Shown here in pieces: positions 27,043 through 36,899 of a stretch of DNA of 64,000 bases. This DNA comes from an uncultured Planctomycetia bacterium (GTDB lineage: Bacteria > Omnitrophota > Gorgyraeia > Tantalellales > Tantalellaceae). The notes under the pieces are model-generated. The model worked only from the letters and a program-made list of their open reading frames with translations. It made no database searches and was not told the DNA's origin. The first letter of the stretch is position 1; each line of letters opens with the position of its first letter. Position numbers and translations under genes: made by a program. Location of the stretch: the NCBI GenBank assembly GCA_964527765.1, contig CAZGQR010000002.1, forward strand, positions 135,701 to 199,700, given 5' to 3'.

Positions 27043-27698
27043 TTTTGTTTTTTGCTTTCCGAGGCCAGCGAATAGTCCTTTTTTGCCGTTATATGCGCCA
27101 GTTTCCTGTGTTTGGAAATGATCCTGTGTTCTATGGCGAGGATCTTTTTATCAAACGCGTCGATCTTTTCTCTTTTTCTTGCCATCCGCGTCCTTAGGGT
27201 GTCCTTATATGTACGCGAAAGAAAGATCTTCTTGTCGACCCCTTTAAGCAAAGCGGCATATGTCCCGTCCACGATCAGGACCTTTGCATTTTTGCACGGG
27301 ATGGTCTCACTCCCGATCCTGTCCTCCTTGAAATAGACAAGGGGCTTCCGGAGCCGGGCGGTGCGGGAGTCCCTGAAACTCTTTATGTGCTTGTTCAAGA
27401 GGGAAAGCCTGACCTCTTTCGTGCCCACCCGAGACATGTCTTCGCGCCGCATCCTGTAATTGGTTTTCGGCGGGTAGCGGAAATAATCGTCCTGGTGGAC
27501 GGTTATGCTTCTGATGCCGTTTTTTCTCAGGATCCTCGCAAGTTCATGGGCTATTTCTGTTTTTCCCGAGCCGGACTCGCCTGAGACCGTGACGACGTAC
27601 CTGGAACGGGAAGAGCGTATCTCCGGGATCAGGACCCCGGCTATTTTCCGCGCCGCCCTAACGTGATATTTCCTTATTAGTAATATATCCCCGCGCAT
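27039..27698 (-). CDS. P-loop kinase of the uridine kinase / phosphoribulokinase (PRK) family, co-transcribed with the SPS-like GT (4-nt overlap); substrate unknown
   Basis: VTVSGESGSGKTEIAHELARIL...ITVHQDDYFR resembles Udk IGIAGGSGSGKTT...IxQDxYY. Confidence 0.55.
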   Translation of the reverse strand: MRGDILLIRKYHVRAARKIAGVLIPEIRSSRSRYVVTVSGESGSGKTEIAHELARILRKNGIRSITVHQDDYFRYPPKTNYRMRREDMSRVGTKEVRLSLLNKHIKSFRDSRTARLRKPLVYFKEDRIGSETIPCKNAKVLIVDGTYAALLKGVDKKIFLSRTYKDTLRTRMARKREKIDAFDKKILAIEHRIISKHRKLAHITAKKDYSLASESKKQK

Positions 27699-27744
27699 GT
27701 TATCAAGTTCCGGTCTTTAGCAAGGATGTTAAAGATAATTTCTA

Positions 27745-27772
27745 TTGCGATAAAGTATATAATACGTATAAT
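27745..27772 (+). promoter_or_regulatory. Candidate sigma70-like promoter for the gene at 27830 (TTGCGA-N16-TATAAT) in an AT-rich divergent region
   Basis: ttgcga at 27745-27750, tataat at 27767-27772. Confidence 0.3.
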
Positions 27773-27829
27773 ATTAGACAAGCGCAAGGGGTTTTTAAAT
27801 GGTGCTGTGCGCTTGGTTAAGGAGGGGTC

Positions 27830-28900
27830 ATGAAAGTAGCCATGATGGGCGCTTGGAACACTGATTCGGGGGCTTCGATACATGCGGAGCTCGTGGGAAG
27901 GGAGTGGGTGGAGAAAGGCATAGACCTAAGGGTCTTTTCCTTTTATAAAAATGCCTTTCACGGGACCGCGCTTACCAAAAAAGAGGACGAAGATTATGTT
28001 ACCAGATGTTTTAAAGCGTATGGATTCCCGAATCCCAAGATGGAGACCGCCCCGATCCTTGAAGCAGATTTTGATATATTCGTTGCCCAGGACCTGGGTA
28101 TGCTTCCCATGGCGCATCTTTTGGACATCTTTCCCGAGATCAAGAAAAAAGCAAAGACCGTGAGCGTTGTCCATGACGGGGAACTTTCCAGAAAACCCGG
28201 TTATTTTAAATTCGATTGGGACCATGTGGTATGTTTTGATGACAGGTATTATGATTTTTTGAAGCACGCGTATCCGGAGGGCATCCTGAGCATTATCCCG
28301 TACCCCTCATATCCTTTGAAGCCCGGCGATATGGCGAAAGCCAGAAAGGAATTGGGGCTTCCCAAGGATAAAAAATTGGTCCTTTTATTCGGCCAGGCCG
28401 CCGAGCACGCCTTGAATACGGTCCTTGTCCTGGACCGGCTGGTGGATAAGTACGATATATGCCTGCTTCTGGTCACGGAAGTCGAAAAAGTCCTTAGCGA
28501 GTTCAGGCGTATCCAGGACAGGGTGAAGTTCGATTTTAAGATCGTGAAAAGATCCCCGGGTCAGGAGCTTTTGTATAAATATCTCCACGCGTCGGATTGC
28601 CTGATCTACAACAAACATCAGGCGCCGGTGGTCGTGGTAGGGAGCAGCATATTCCAGTGTCTCGGTTCGACGTGCCCCATTCTCGCCCGGGACACCAATT
28701 ATACCTATGCTTTCAATAAGGAGATCTTGAAACACAGGCATTATTATGATCTGGAGGATAACCTGATCGATGTTTTTGAAAAAGGCAGGAGATATCAGAT
28801 GCAGCAGAGGAGCGTTGAAGATTACCTGGAAGATAACGCTGCTGAGCCGACCGCCGAGAAATTTCTTGCGCTTTTTGAGGACCTTTTGAAAAAAGGCTAA
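27830..28900 (+). CDS. Hypothetical protein, possibly a GT-B-fold glycosyltransferase-like protein
   Basis: AGGAGG RBS; N-terminal MMGAWNTDSGASIHAELV (GT4-like N-terminal glycine-rich start); C-terminal half KKLVLLFGQAAEH..ASDCLIYN.. resembles a GT-B C-domain; sits in a carbohydrate cluster. Weak. Confidence 0.4.
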   Translation: MKVAMMGAWNTDSGASIHAELVGREWVEKGIDLRVFSFYKNAFHGTALTKKEDEDYVTRCFKAYGFPNPKMETAPILEADFDIFVAQDLGMLPMAHLLDIFPEIKKKAKTVSVVHDGELSRKPGYFKFDWDHVVCFDDRYYDFLKHAYPEGILSIIPYPSYPLKPGDMAKARKELGLPKDKKLVLLFGQAAEHALNTVLVLDRLVDKYDICLLLVTEVEKVLSEFRRIQDRVKFDFKIVKRSPGQELLYKYLHASDCLIYNKHQAPVVVVGSSIFQCLGSTCPILARDTNYTYAFNKEILKHRHYYDLEDNLIDVFEKGRRYQMQQRSVEDYLEDNAAEPTAEKFLALFEDLLKKG

Positions 28901-28916
28901 GGGAAAGGAGCACAAA

Positions 28917-29840
28917 ATGGTGTTGAAGAGATATAAGGGTAATCCGATTCTGGCTCCCAGGGAAGAGAACCCGTGGGAATCGATTATGGTCTACAACTGC
29001 GCGGCGGTGTACGTGGGCGGGAAGGTGCACATTCTCTACAGGGCCCAGGGGGCAAAAACAGGCGTTTCGAGGATCGGGTACGCCTCCAGCAAGGACGGGT
29101 TCCATATCGACGAAAGGCTTGATCACCCGGTTTTCGGGCCGAACCCGGCAAGCGATCTTGAATATCTCGGCATAGAGGACCCGCGCCTGACGCAGATAGA
29201 GGACAGGATCTATCTGAATTATACCGCTTACGGCAGCAATATGGGTATGGTGTTTCCCGTGGTCGGTGTCCAGGCCGCATATACATCTATTTCCGTAGAT
29301 GACTTTCTGAATAAAAGATGGAACTGGGGGGAGAGGATATATCCCTTTTACAGGGTGGACAATAAGAACTCGTTCTTTTTCCCTGAAAAAATAAACGGCA
29401 AATATGTTTTTATACACAGGATTCCTCCGCACATGTGGATAGCATATTCCGACGACATGAGGGCCTGGGAGAACCAGAAGATATTAATGAGCCCTCAGTT
29501 CGAATGGGAATATTTTAAGATCGGAGGAGGCGCCCCTCCCATAAAGACGGAAAAGGGATGGATCTTGATATATCACGGCGTGGACAGGAGAATGCAATAC
29601 CGTCTGGGGCTCGCGCTTCTGGATCTGAAAGACCCCGGAAAAGTCGTGGCCAGATACGATAAACCTTTCCTTGAGCCCGAGACCGACTACGAGGTCACCG
29701 GCGTCGTGCCGAACGTGACCTTTACCTGCGGGGCTGTCGCGATAGACGACACTCTGTTCCTGTATTACGGGGGAGCCGATACCGTTGTTTGCGTGGCAAC
29801 AGCCAGGATCAAAGATGTCCTGGATCTTCTCGGAGTATAG
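28917..29840 (+). CDS. Glycoside hydrolase family 130 (DUF377) beta-mannoside phosphorylase/glycosidase-like 5-bladed propeller protein
   Basis: MVLKRYKGNPILAPREENPWES..YNCAAV..RIGYASSKDGFH..GIEDPRLTQIEDRIYLNYTAY..PEKINGKYVFIHR..GGGAPPIKTEKGWILIYHGV. Confidence 0.8.
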   Translation: MVLKRYKGNPILAPREENPWESIMVYNCAAVYVGGKVHILYRAQGAKTGVSRIGYASSKDGFHIDERLDHPVFGPNPASDLEYLGIEDPRLTQIEDRIYLNYTAYGSNMGMVFPVVGVQAAYTSISVDDFLNKRWNWGERIYPFYRVDNKNSFFFPEKINGKYVFIHRIPPHMWIAYSDDMRAWENQKILMSPQFEWEYFKIGGGAPPIKTEKGWILIYHGVDRRMQYRLGLALLDLKDPGKVVARYDKPFLEPETDYEVTGVVPNVTFTCGAVAIDDTLFLYYGGADTVVCVATARIKDVLDLLGV

Positions 29841-29899
29841 CTTGCTGCAAAAATGCGGCCGGGATCAGGGTCCCGGCCGCCTGCTGTGATGATCTGCCC

Positions 29900-32374
29900 A
29901 TGAGTAATGATCAGTCCAAACCGCCGGGAAACCCTCAAACTAGAGGTGCGCCCAAAGGGGCTGTCGTGGAAAGCCTGAAAAGCGCATTTCTCCGCAACCG
30001 GAAGTTTTCTCTCGCGAAGGACCTTTATACCGCCACCGATTACGATAATTTCCAATCCATTGCGATAACGATCCGGGACCGTCTCATCGAGAAATGGATA
30101 CTTACCCAGCAGAGATATCACGATGAGAACTGTAAAAGGGTGTATTATCTTTCCCTTGAGTTTCTTCCCGGGCGCCTTTTGGCCAATAACATATTCAATC
30201 TTGACCTGGAAGAGGAAAGCAAGAAAGCCATGGAGGACCTGGGTCTGGACCTGGAGGACCTTTACGAGCAGGAGATCGACCCGGGGCTCGGTAACGGCGG
30301 GCTGGGCCGGCTTGCCGCCTGTTTTCTGGATTCCATGGCCACGCTCGGCATACCGGCTACCGGCTACGGCATCAGGTACGATTACGGTATATTCAACCAG
30401 AGGATAGTCAACGGATTTCAGGTGGAACTTCCCGATGAATGGCTGAGCCTCGGGAATCCATGGGAGTTCGAGAGGCCGGAATTCACGCTGAAAGTGCAGT
30501 TTTACGGGAAGACCGTCAAGCGCAAAGATAAGAGCGGCAAACTGCGCGTCGATTGGATAGACACGAACGATGTCCTTGCGATGGCATACGATACACCCAT
30601 CCCGGGGTACGGGAACGAGGTGGTCAATAACCTGAGACTTTGGTCGGCCAGAAGCACGGCTGAATTCGACCTCGAATATTTTAACGACGGTGATTATATC
30701 CGCGCGTGCGAGAACAAGATCGTCTCCGAGAATATCTCGCGCGTGCTCTACCCGAGCGATAATGTGTATAAAGGTCTTGAACTGCGCCTGAAACAGGAGT
30801 ACTTTTTCACGGCGGCCTCGATACAGGATATAATCCGCAGGTTCAAGATGCACAATGAGGATTTTCGCTTCTTTCCAGACAAGGTCGCCATTCAACTGAA
30901 CGATACGCATCCCGCCATCGCCATCGCGGAGCTGATGCGCGTTCTGATAGACATGGAACAGCTGGACTGGGATGCCGCCTGGGATATAACGGTCAGGACG
31001 TTCGCTTATACGAATCATACCATCATGCCGGAAGCGCTGGAGAGCTGGCCGGAATCGCTTTTCGGGGAACTTCTGCCCAGGCATCTGGAGCTGATACACG
31101 AGATCGACAGGCGTTTCATGCGCGAGGTCGCAGGCCGTTATCCGCGGGATCATGACAGGGCCCGGCGCATGTCCCTGATAGAAGAGGGACCGGAAAAGAG
31201 ATTAAGGATGAGCCATCTCTGCATTGTCGGGAGCCATTCGGTGAACGGGGTTTCCCGCCTTCATACCGAACTTTTGAAAACGATGCTTTTCAAGGATTTT
31301 TTCGATCTTTACCCGGACAGATTTAACTCGAAGACGAACGGAATAACGCAGAGACGATGGCTCGGGAAAGCGAACCTGCGCCTGTCCGCGCTCATCAACG
31401 ACACGATAGGGGGCGGGTGGGTCACGGACCTGACCCGGCTGAAAAAACTCTCCTCTTTTGCCGCGGACAGTTCGTTCCGCGAAAAATGGAGATCCGTAAA
31501 AAGGGATAACAAGAGGCAATTCGCCGGGTATGTTAAGGACAAGACCGGGATCGTTATCGATACCGATTCCATTTTTGACGTTCAGGTAAAAAGGATCCAT
31601 GAATATAAAAGACAGGTCCTGTTCGCCCTTTATCTGATCTCCCGGTACGTGAAGATAAAAGACAGTCCGGGTAAGAATGTGGTCCCCAGAACGGCCATAG
31701 TCGGCGGGAAAGCCGCTCCGGGCTATGCCATGGCTAAACTTATCATTAAGTTCATAAACAGCATTGCCGATGTCATCAACAAAGACCCCGATATGAAGGA
31801 TAAGCTGAAAGTGGTCTTCATGGAGAATTATTGTGTTTCCCTGGCCGAGCGGATATTTCCCGCCAGCGACCTGTCGGAGCAGATATCCACCGCCGGCAGG
31901 GAAGCTTCCGGCACCGGCAACATGAAGTTCATGCTTAACGGGGCCGTCACTATCGGGACCTGGGACGGGGCAAATATAGAGATCGCGGAAGAGGTCGGCC
32001 CCGACAATATCTTTATCTTCGGCCTTAAAGCGCATGAGATCTTCGATCTAAAGTCTTCCGGCTATGACCCGCGGGAGTATGTAGAGAAAGATCCGGCCCT
32101 GAAAGAGGTGCTTCGCCTGGTCCGGGAGGATTTTTTCTCGCGGTCGGAACCGCAGATATTCAAGCCCCTTTACGATTCGCTCCTCGGGCATGACGAATTC
32201 ATGGTATTCGCCGATTTCAAAGATTATGTCTCCGCGCAGGATAAGGTCTCGCGCGCTTATCAGGACAAGGAAGAATGGACCAGAAGGTCCGTAATGAACA
32301 CCGCCGGTTCAGGCAGGTTTTCCAGTGACAGGACGGTGGCGGAATACGCGAAAGATATCTGGAAAGTGGGATGA
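29900..32374 (+). CDS. glgP: Alpha-glucan (glycogen/maltodextrin) phosphorylase
   Basis: LSLEFLPGRLLANN, GNGGLGRLAACFLDSMATLGIPATGYGIRYDYGIF, PLP-lysine motif EASGTGNMKFMLNG. Start chosen at the in-frame ATG 29900 (MSNDQ..); the ORF-track start at 29789 overlaps the GH130 gene. Confidence 0.9.
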   Translation: MSNDQSKPPGNPQTRGAPKGAVVESLKSAFLRNRKFSLAKDLYTATDYDNFQSIAITIRDRLIEKWILTQQRYHDENCKRVYYLSLEFLPGRLLANNIFNLDLEEESKKAMEDLGLDLEDLYEQEIDPGLGNGGLGRLAACFLDSMATLGIPATGYGIRYDYGIFNQRIVNGFQVELPDEWLSLGNPWEFERPEFTLKVQFYGKTVKRKDKSGKLRVDWIDTNDVLAMAYDTPIPGYGNEVVNNLRLWSARSTAEFDLEYFNDGDYIRACENKIVSENISRVLYPSDNVYKGLELRLKQEYFFTAASIQDIIRRFKMHNEDFRFFPDKVAIQLNDTHPAIAIAELMRVLIDMEQLDWDAAWDITVRTFAYTNHTIMPEALESWPESLFGELLPRHLELIHEIDRRFMREVAGRYPRDHDRARRMSLIEEGPEKRLRMSHLCIVGSHSVNGVSRLHTELLKTMLFKDFFDLYPDRFNSKTNGITQRRWLGKANLRLSALINDTIGGGWVTDLTRLKKLSSFAADSSFREKWRSVKRDNKRQFAGYVKDKTGIVIDTDSIFDVQVKRIHEYKRQVLFALYLISRYVKIKDSPGKNVVPRTAIVGGKAAPGYAMAKLIIKFINSIADVINKDPDMKDKLKVVFMENYCVSLAERIFPASDLSEQISTAGREASGTGNMKFMLNGAVTIGTWDGANIEIAEEVGPDNIFIFGLKAHEIFDLKSSGYDPREYVEKDPALKEVLRLVREDFFSRSEPQIFKPLYDSLLGHDEFMVFADFKDYVSAQDKVSRAYQDKEEWTRRSVMNTAGSGRFSSDRTVAEYAKDIWKVG

Positions 32375-32856
32375 TAGAAAGGCGGGCATGCATGGAAAGA
32401 AGCAGGGGAATAACGATCTACGGTACGGTGATCATCATATTCGGGGCTTATAATCTGATCGGCATCGGGAGCTACAAGCAGTTTTCGATGATGTTCCAGC
32501 CGCTCTCGTCGGTTCTCATCATAGCGCTTTACATGTTCACGATACTTTACGGTATTTGCGGCGTTTATTGCGGGATCAGGATATTAAAACTCGAGGACTG
32601 GGCAAGGCAGGTGATCGTGGGCCTGGCTGCCGTCAGCGTGATCTCGGGCCTCCTGCTGAACAGGATGGTGATGTCGAATTTCAGGGATTTTCTCCTGTCG
32701 GAACAATCCGGCATCTCGCCTGAGCTGATCGAGCCGGTGTACAGGTACACGGTGTTGCTCAGCGCCTTGATCACCGTGTTTGAATTGTCAGTGATATACT
32801 TTTTCACGCGCCCCAAAGTCGTTAACCAGTTCCGGCGGCGGGGATCTGTAAAATAA
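32371..32856 (+). CDS. Hypothetical small integral membrane protein (4 predicted TM helices)
   Basis: ATGA overlap with the glgP stop; hydrophobic segments TVIIIFGAYNLIGIG, VLIIALYMFTILYGICGVY, VIVGLAAVSVISGLLL, VLLSALITVFELSVIYFF. Confidence 0.5.
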   Translation: MIERRACMERSRGITIYGTVIIIFGAYNLIGIGSYKQFSMMFQPLSSVLIIALYMFTILYGICGVYCGIRILKLEDWARQVIVGLAAVSVISGLLLNRMVMSNFRDFLLSEQSGISPELIEPVYRYTVLLSALITVFELSVIYFFTRPKVVNQFRRRGSVK

Positions 32857-34904
32857 TGAAAAAATACGTTTTAAAAGAATCTGCCGGAAGGGTCGAGACA
32901 CATATCGATTTTAAAGGCAACCTGAACCGGCAGCAGTACGAGGTGGTGACAGGCGCGGAAGGGCCGTGTCTTGTCCTGGCCGGCGCGGGCAGCGGGAAAA
33001 CGAGAACGCTCATATACCGGCTCGCGTACCTGCTTGAAAGAGGCGTCTCTCCCAAAAATATCCTCCTCATGACCTTTACGAACAAGGCCGCGCGCGAGAT
33101 GCGGGACCGCACGGAGATGCTTTTGAAATACAGCCCCAAGGGGCTATGGAGCGGGACGTTTCATCATGTCGGGAACAGGTCCCTGCGCATGTACGCCCCG
33201 GAGATAGGATTTAAAAGGGATTTCGGCATACTCGATGAGCATGATTCCCGCGACCTTATAAAGGCCTGCATGAAGAAGGCGAGCGCCAGGTCAAAAGAAG
33301 AAAGATTTCCGAAGCCGTCCGTAGTCCGGTCGATAATAAGCCTTTCCGTGAACACCAAGGACACCGTCGAGGAGGTGCTGGAGGAGAGGTATCCCTATTT
33401 CGCGAGGTTCACGAAGGAGATCGAAGACATAAGGGATCTGTACGAAAAGAAAAAACAGCGTTCGGGCAACATGGATTTCGATGATCTTCTTTCTAAATGG
33501 AAGTGGATGCTTGAGAATGTGCCGGCGGCAAAGCGCCGGTTCAGCGAGCAGTTCAGATACATCATGGTAGATGAGTATCAGGACACCAACTTTTTGCAGG
33601 CGGATATAATAGACGCGCTCGGCGAACGTCACCGTAACGTTCTCGTGGTGGGGGACGACGCGCAGTCGATCTACTCGTTCCGCGGCGCCAGGGTAAAGAA
33701 CATACTTCAATTCCCGGAGAGGTTCAGTGACGCCAGGATATTCAAGCTGGAGACCAATTACCGCTCCACCCCCGAGATACTGGACCTCGCCAATGATTCC
33801 CTGCGGAATAACCGCGACCAGTTCGCAAAGGTGCTCCGGGCGGTGAATCCGTCCTTGGAGGTGCCGGCCCTTGTGGAAGTAAAGGACCTTTATTCCCAGG
33901 CGGGCTTTGTGGCCCAGAGGGTGCTGGAGATGCGCGAGGAAGGGGCGGAACTGAAGGATATCGCCGTTCTTTTCAGGGCTCATTACCAGTCGGCGGAACT
34001 GGAGATGGAACTTGTCAAGCGGGGTATCCCTTACATCGTCCGCGGCGGGATCCGTTTCTTCGAACAGGCCCATATCAAGGATGTGCTGGCTTACCTGAAG
34101 ATCACGGTCAACCCGCTGGATGAAATAGCCTGGGTACGGGCGCTGACGCTTTGTCCGGGGATCGGTCCCGGGTATGCTGAGAAGATATATGAATCTTTTC
34201 GCAAGAGCTCGAGGGACATCACCGCTTTTATACGGAGCCAGGATATTTCCGCAATTGTCCCCAAAAAGGCGCAGAAGGGATATGAGAAATTCCGGGATAT
34301 AATGAAAGCGATAACGGCTCCGGAAGCCGGCAGGGTCCCGGGGGAGCTGGTAAGCATGATACTGGAGTCGGGGTACGAGACGCATGTCCTGACCAATTTC
34401 GAGAACGCCAAGGACAGGATAGATGACATACGCGAGCTTATAAATTTTTCGCATGAATACGAGACCGTTAATACTTTTCTGAACGATATAACGCTGAGGG
34501 AGAGCTTCCGCGGGGAAACTGTCACCGACGGCCCGGAGGAAGATGAGCACCTCGTGCTTTCCACCATACACCAGGCCAAGGGGCTTGAGTGGGAGACGGT
34601 CGTGCTTATAGGGCTTTGCGAAGGGCAGTTCCCGCACCCCAAGGCCATCAAGGAAGAACCGGAGATGGAAGAGGAAAGACGTCTTTTTTACGTGGCCGTG
34701 ACAAGGGCGGAAAAATACCTTTACCTGATCCATCCCCTTACGCGGTATGATTACCAGATGGGTACGGTGATAGCCCGGCGCAGCCGGTTCCTGGAAGAGC
34801 TGCAAAGTGAAGATTATGAGGTGTGGGAAGTCGATTCCTCCCCGGCGCTGGAGGGCGGGACAGGCGAAAATGAAAATAATGATACGGTCATCGAACTTGA
34901 TTAG
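32856..34904 (+). CDS. ATP-dependent DNA helicase, UvrD/PcrA/Rep family (SF1A)
   Basis: LNRQQYEVVTGAEGPCLVLAGAGSGKTRTLIYRLAYLL, LMTFTNKAAREM, IMVDEYQDTN, LETNYRST, TIHQAKGLEWETV, YVAVTRA. Confidence 0.9.
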   Translation: MKKYVLKESAGRVETHIDFKGNLNRQQYEVVTGAEGPCLVLAGAGSGKTRTLIYRLAYLLERGVSPKNILLMTFTNKAAREMRDRTEMLLKYSPKGLWSGTFHHVGNRSLRMYAPEIGFKRDFGILDEHDSRDLIKACMKKASARSKEERFPKPSVVRSIISLSVNTKDTVEEVLEERYPYFARFTKEIEDIRDLYEKKKQRSGNMDFDDLLSKWKWMLENVPAAKRRFSEQFRYIMVDEYQDTNFLQADIIDALGERHRNVLVVGDDAQSIYSFRGARVKNILQFPERFSDARIFKLETNYRSTPEILDLANDSLRNNRDQFAKVLRAVNPSLEVPALVEVKDLYSQAGFVAQRVLEMREEGAELKDIAVLFRAHYQSAELEMELVKRGIPYIVRGGIRFFEQAHIKDVLAYLKITVNPLDEIAWVRALTLCPGIGPGYAEKIYESFRKSSRDITAFIRSQDISAIVPKKAQKGYEKFRDIMKAITAPEAGRVPGELVSMILESGYETHVLTNFENAKDRIDDIRELINFSHEYETVNTFLNDITLRESFRGETVTDGPEEDEHLVLSTIHQAKGLEWETVVLIGLCEGQFPHPKAIKEEPEMEEERRLFYVAVTRAEKYLYLIHPLTRYDYQMGTVIARRSRFLEELQSEDYEVWEVDSSPALEGGTGENENNDTVIELD

Positions 34905-34915
34905 AGGAGCGGATC

Positions 34916-35344
34916 TTGGCTGAGAGGCAGTTTGCCGCGGGCGGCATAGTGATCAAGAAAGAGAGAGGAAGGCCGAGGGTGCTCCTCATAAAGGACAGTT
35001 ACGGACGCTGGATCTGGGCCAAGGGGCACATCGAAAAGAAGGAAACCGTAGAAAAAGCGGCGATAAGGGAAGTTTCCGAGGAAACCGGCCTTAAGGAACT
35101 CCGGATAGTGGAGCGGCTGGGAAAACAGGAGTATTATTTTACGCTTAAAGGGAAGCGCATATTCAAAACGGTCTACGTCTTTCTGATAAAGGCCTCTTCC
35201 AGGGAGAAGCTGGCTATCCAGAGATCGGAGATACAGGCCGCCAGGTGGTTCTGGCCGGAAGAGGCCCTGGAAAAGATCGAGTATAAAGGGTCGCGTGACC
35301 TTCTGAAAAAAGCGATCAGCGTCTTCCGCAGAAAATTCTGTTAA
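34916..35344 (+). CDS. Nudix hydrolase (TTG start as drawn in the ORF track)
   Basis: Nudix box GHIEKKETVEKAAIREVSEETGL (Gx5Ex7REUxEExGU). Confidence 0.75.
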   Translation: MAERQFAAGGIVIKKERGRPRVLLIKDSYGRWIWAKGHIEKKETVEKAAIREVSEETGLKELRIVERLGKQEYYFTLKGKRIFKTVYVFLIKASSREKLAIQRSEIQAARWFWPEEALEKIEYKGSRDLLKKAISVFRRKFC

Positions 35345-35350
35345 TTTCTT

Positions 35351-35974
35351 ATGAACAATAAACCGATCAAAGCCATATTTTTTGACCTTGGCAACGTCAT
35401 CGTCGGCGTGGATCCGGAAGCGGCCGGCAGGAAGTACCACGCCCGCTGTAAGGCGGAAGAGGACGAGATCCTCGATTATATCAGGGATTCGGATAACATG
35501 AACAGGTACCAGCGGGGGAAGCTGACCTCTTCGCAATTTTACAATAAGACCTGCAGAGCTTTAAGAATGGATATGGCTTTCAATGAATTTTACGGCGTAT
35601 GGAACAGCATGTTTTATCCATACCCGGAGACAGAAGAAATCATAAGGGCCGTCAGGAAAGATTACCCGGACATTAAACTTATCCTCGTGTCCGACACGAA
35701 CGAAGCGCATTACGAATTCATAAAACAGCAGTACAGGGTCCTGGACCTTCTGGATGCGTGCATATTATCGTACGAAGTGGGAAGGCTTAAGCCGCATCCG
35801 GAGGTATTCAACAGGGCATTAAACGCCGCCGGCAGCATTCCCAGGGATACGTTCTATACCGATGACCGCCGGGACTACATTGACGCCGCCAGGATCATGG
35901 GCATCCGCGCTTTTCAATTTACCGGCCAGGAGCAGTTGAGGGAACAGCTGGCCAGGTGCGGGGTCCGCGTTTAA
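35351..35974 (+). CDS. HAD-superfamily hydrolase (subfamily IA-like); motif I reads FDLGNV (DxG rather than DxD)
   Basis: IKAIFFDLGNVIV.., ..LVSDTNEAH.., ..FYTDDRRDYIDAARIMG.. (motif III/IV-like). Confidence 0.65.
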   Translation: MNNKPIKAIFFDLGNVIVGVDPEAAGRKYHARCKAEEDEILDYIRDSDNMNRYQRGKLTSSQFYNKTCRALRMDMAFNEFYGVWNSMFYPYPETEEIIRAVRKDYPDIKLILVSDTNEAHYEFIKQQYRVLDLLDACILSYEVGRLKPHPEVFNRALNAAGSIPRDTFYTDDRRDYIDAARIMGIRAFQFTGQEQLREQLARCGVRV

Positions 35975-36867
35975 TCCGAATACCCCATTTCCCTGAGGGC
36001 CCGGGGATCTTTTTTCCACTTTTCGTGGACCTTCACCCAGAGATCGAGATACACGTGCCTTGACAGGAGGCGCTCTATGTCGGCGCGGGCGAGTTGGCCG
36101 ATCCTTTTCATCATCCTGCCGTCCTTGCCGATGACAATGGATTTTTGGGAGGCGCGTTCCACAAAGACCGTCGCGTGGATATTCAGCACTCCGCTTGTCT
36201 CATCCTCGCGCATTTCATCGATGACCACCGCGACCGAGTGGGGGATCTCCTCGTAGGTTTCCGTCAGTATCTTTTCCCTGATGATCTCCCGGACCAGGAA
36301 TAGCTCGCTCTTGTCGGTCAGCTGGTCCTCGGGGTAGAGAAAAGGGCCTTCGGGCAGGTAGGATTTTATTGTTTCCAGGAGCCTGTCCACGTCACCTTCA
36401 TCGAGCGCGCACATGGGGACGATCTCGCTGAAGGGATACAGTTTAGAGGCCTTTTCCATAATGGGCAGGAGAAGCCGTTTATCCTTCACTTTATCGGCCT
36501 TGTTGATCACGAAGATGACCTTTTTACCTTTTTTCGGATCGGGCAGGCGGGCGAAGATATTCTTGTCGTCTTTGTTGAACGCGGTCCTTTTCTCGGTAAT
36601 GAACAGGATTATGTCCGATTCCATCAGTGAGGACTGAGCGCGGGAAAGCATCATCTTTCCAAGAAGGTCATGCGGTTTGTGTATCCCGGGGGTATCGATA
36701 AAGATTATCTGGAAGCCCCTCTCGGTGAGTATGCCGCGTATGACGTCGCGGGTAGTCTCCGGTTTTTTACTGATGATGGCGACCTTTTCTTTTAGAAAGC
36801 CGTTCAGCAGTGTCGATTTCCCCACGTTCGGTTGTCCTGATATGGCAACGATCCCGGATCTTTGCAT
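35971..36867 (-). CDS. era: GTPase Era (GTP-binding domain plus C-terminal KH domain)
   Basis: GIVAISGQPNVGKSTLLN, TTRDVIRGI, DTPGIHKP, NKADKV; C-terminal KH-like region; 4-nt overlap with the HAD gene on the opposite strand. Confidence 0.9.
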   Translation of the reverse strand: MQRSGIVAISGQPNVGKSTLLNGFLKEKVAIISKKPETTRDVIRGILTERGFQIIFIDTPGIHKPHDLLGKMMLSRAQSSLMESDIILFITEKRTAFNKDDKNIFARLPDPKKGKKVIFVINKADKVKDKRLLLPIMEKASKLYPFSEIVPMCALDEGDVDRLLETIKSYLPEGPFLYPEDQLTDKSELFLVREIIREKILTETYEEIPHSVAVVIDEMREDETSGVLNIHATVFVERASQKSIVIGKDGRMMKRIGQLARADIERLLSRHVYLDLWVKVHEKWKKDPRALREMGYSD

Positions 36868-36899
36868 GATTAGAATAATTATAACACATTTCCCAACTA

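Noticed and set aside
29765-34805. Several long minus-strand ORFs (462, 277 and 504 aa) opposite glgP and uvrD
   Set aside because: Shadow ORFs opposite genes with unambiguous family signatures (PLP lysine motif and UvrD helicase motifs)
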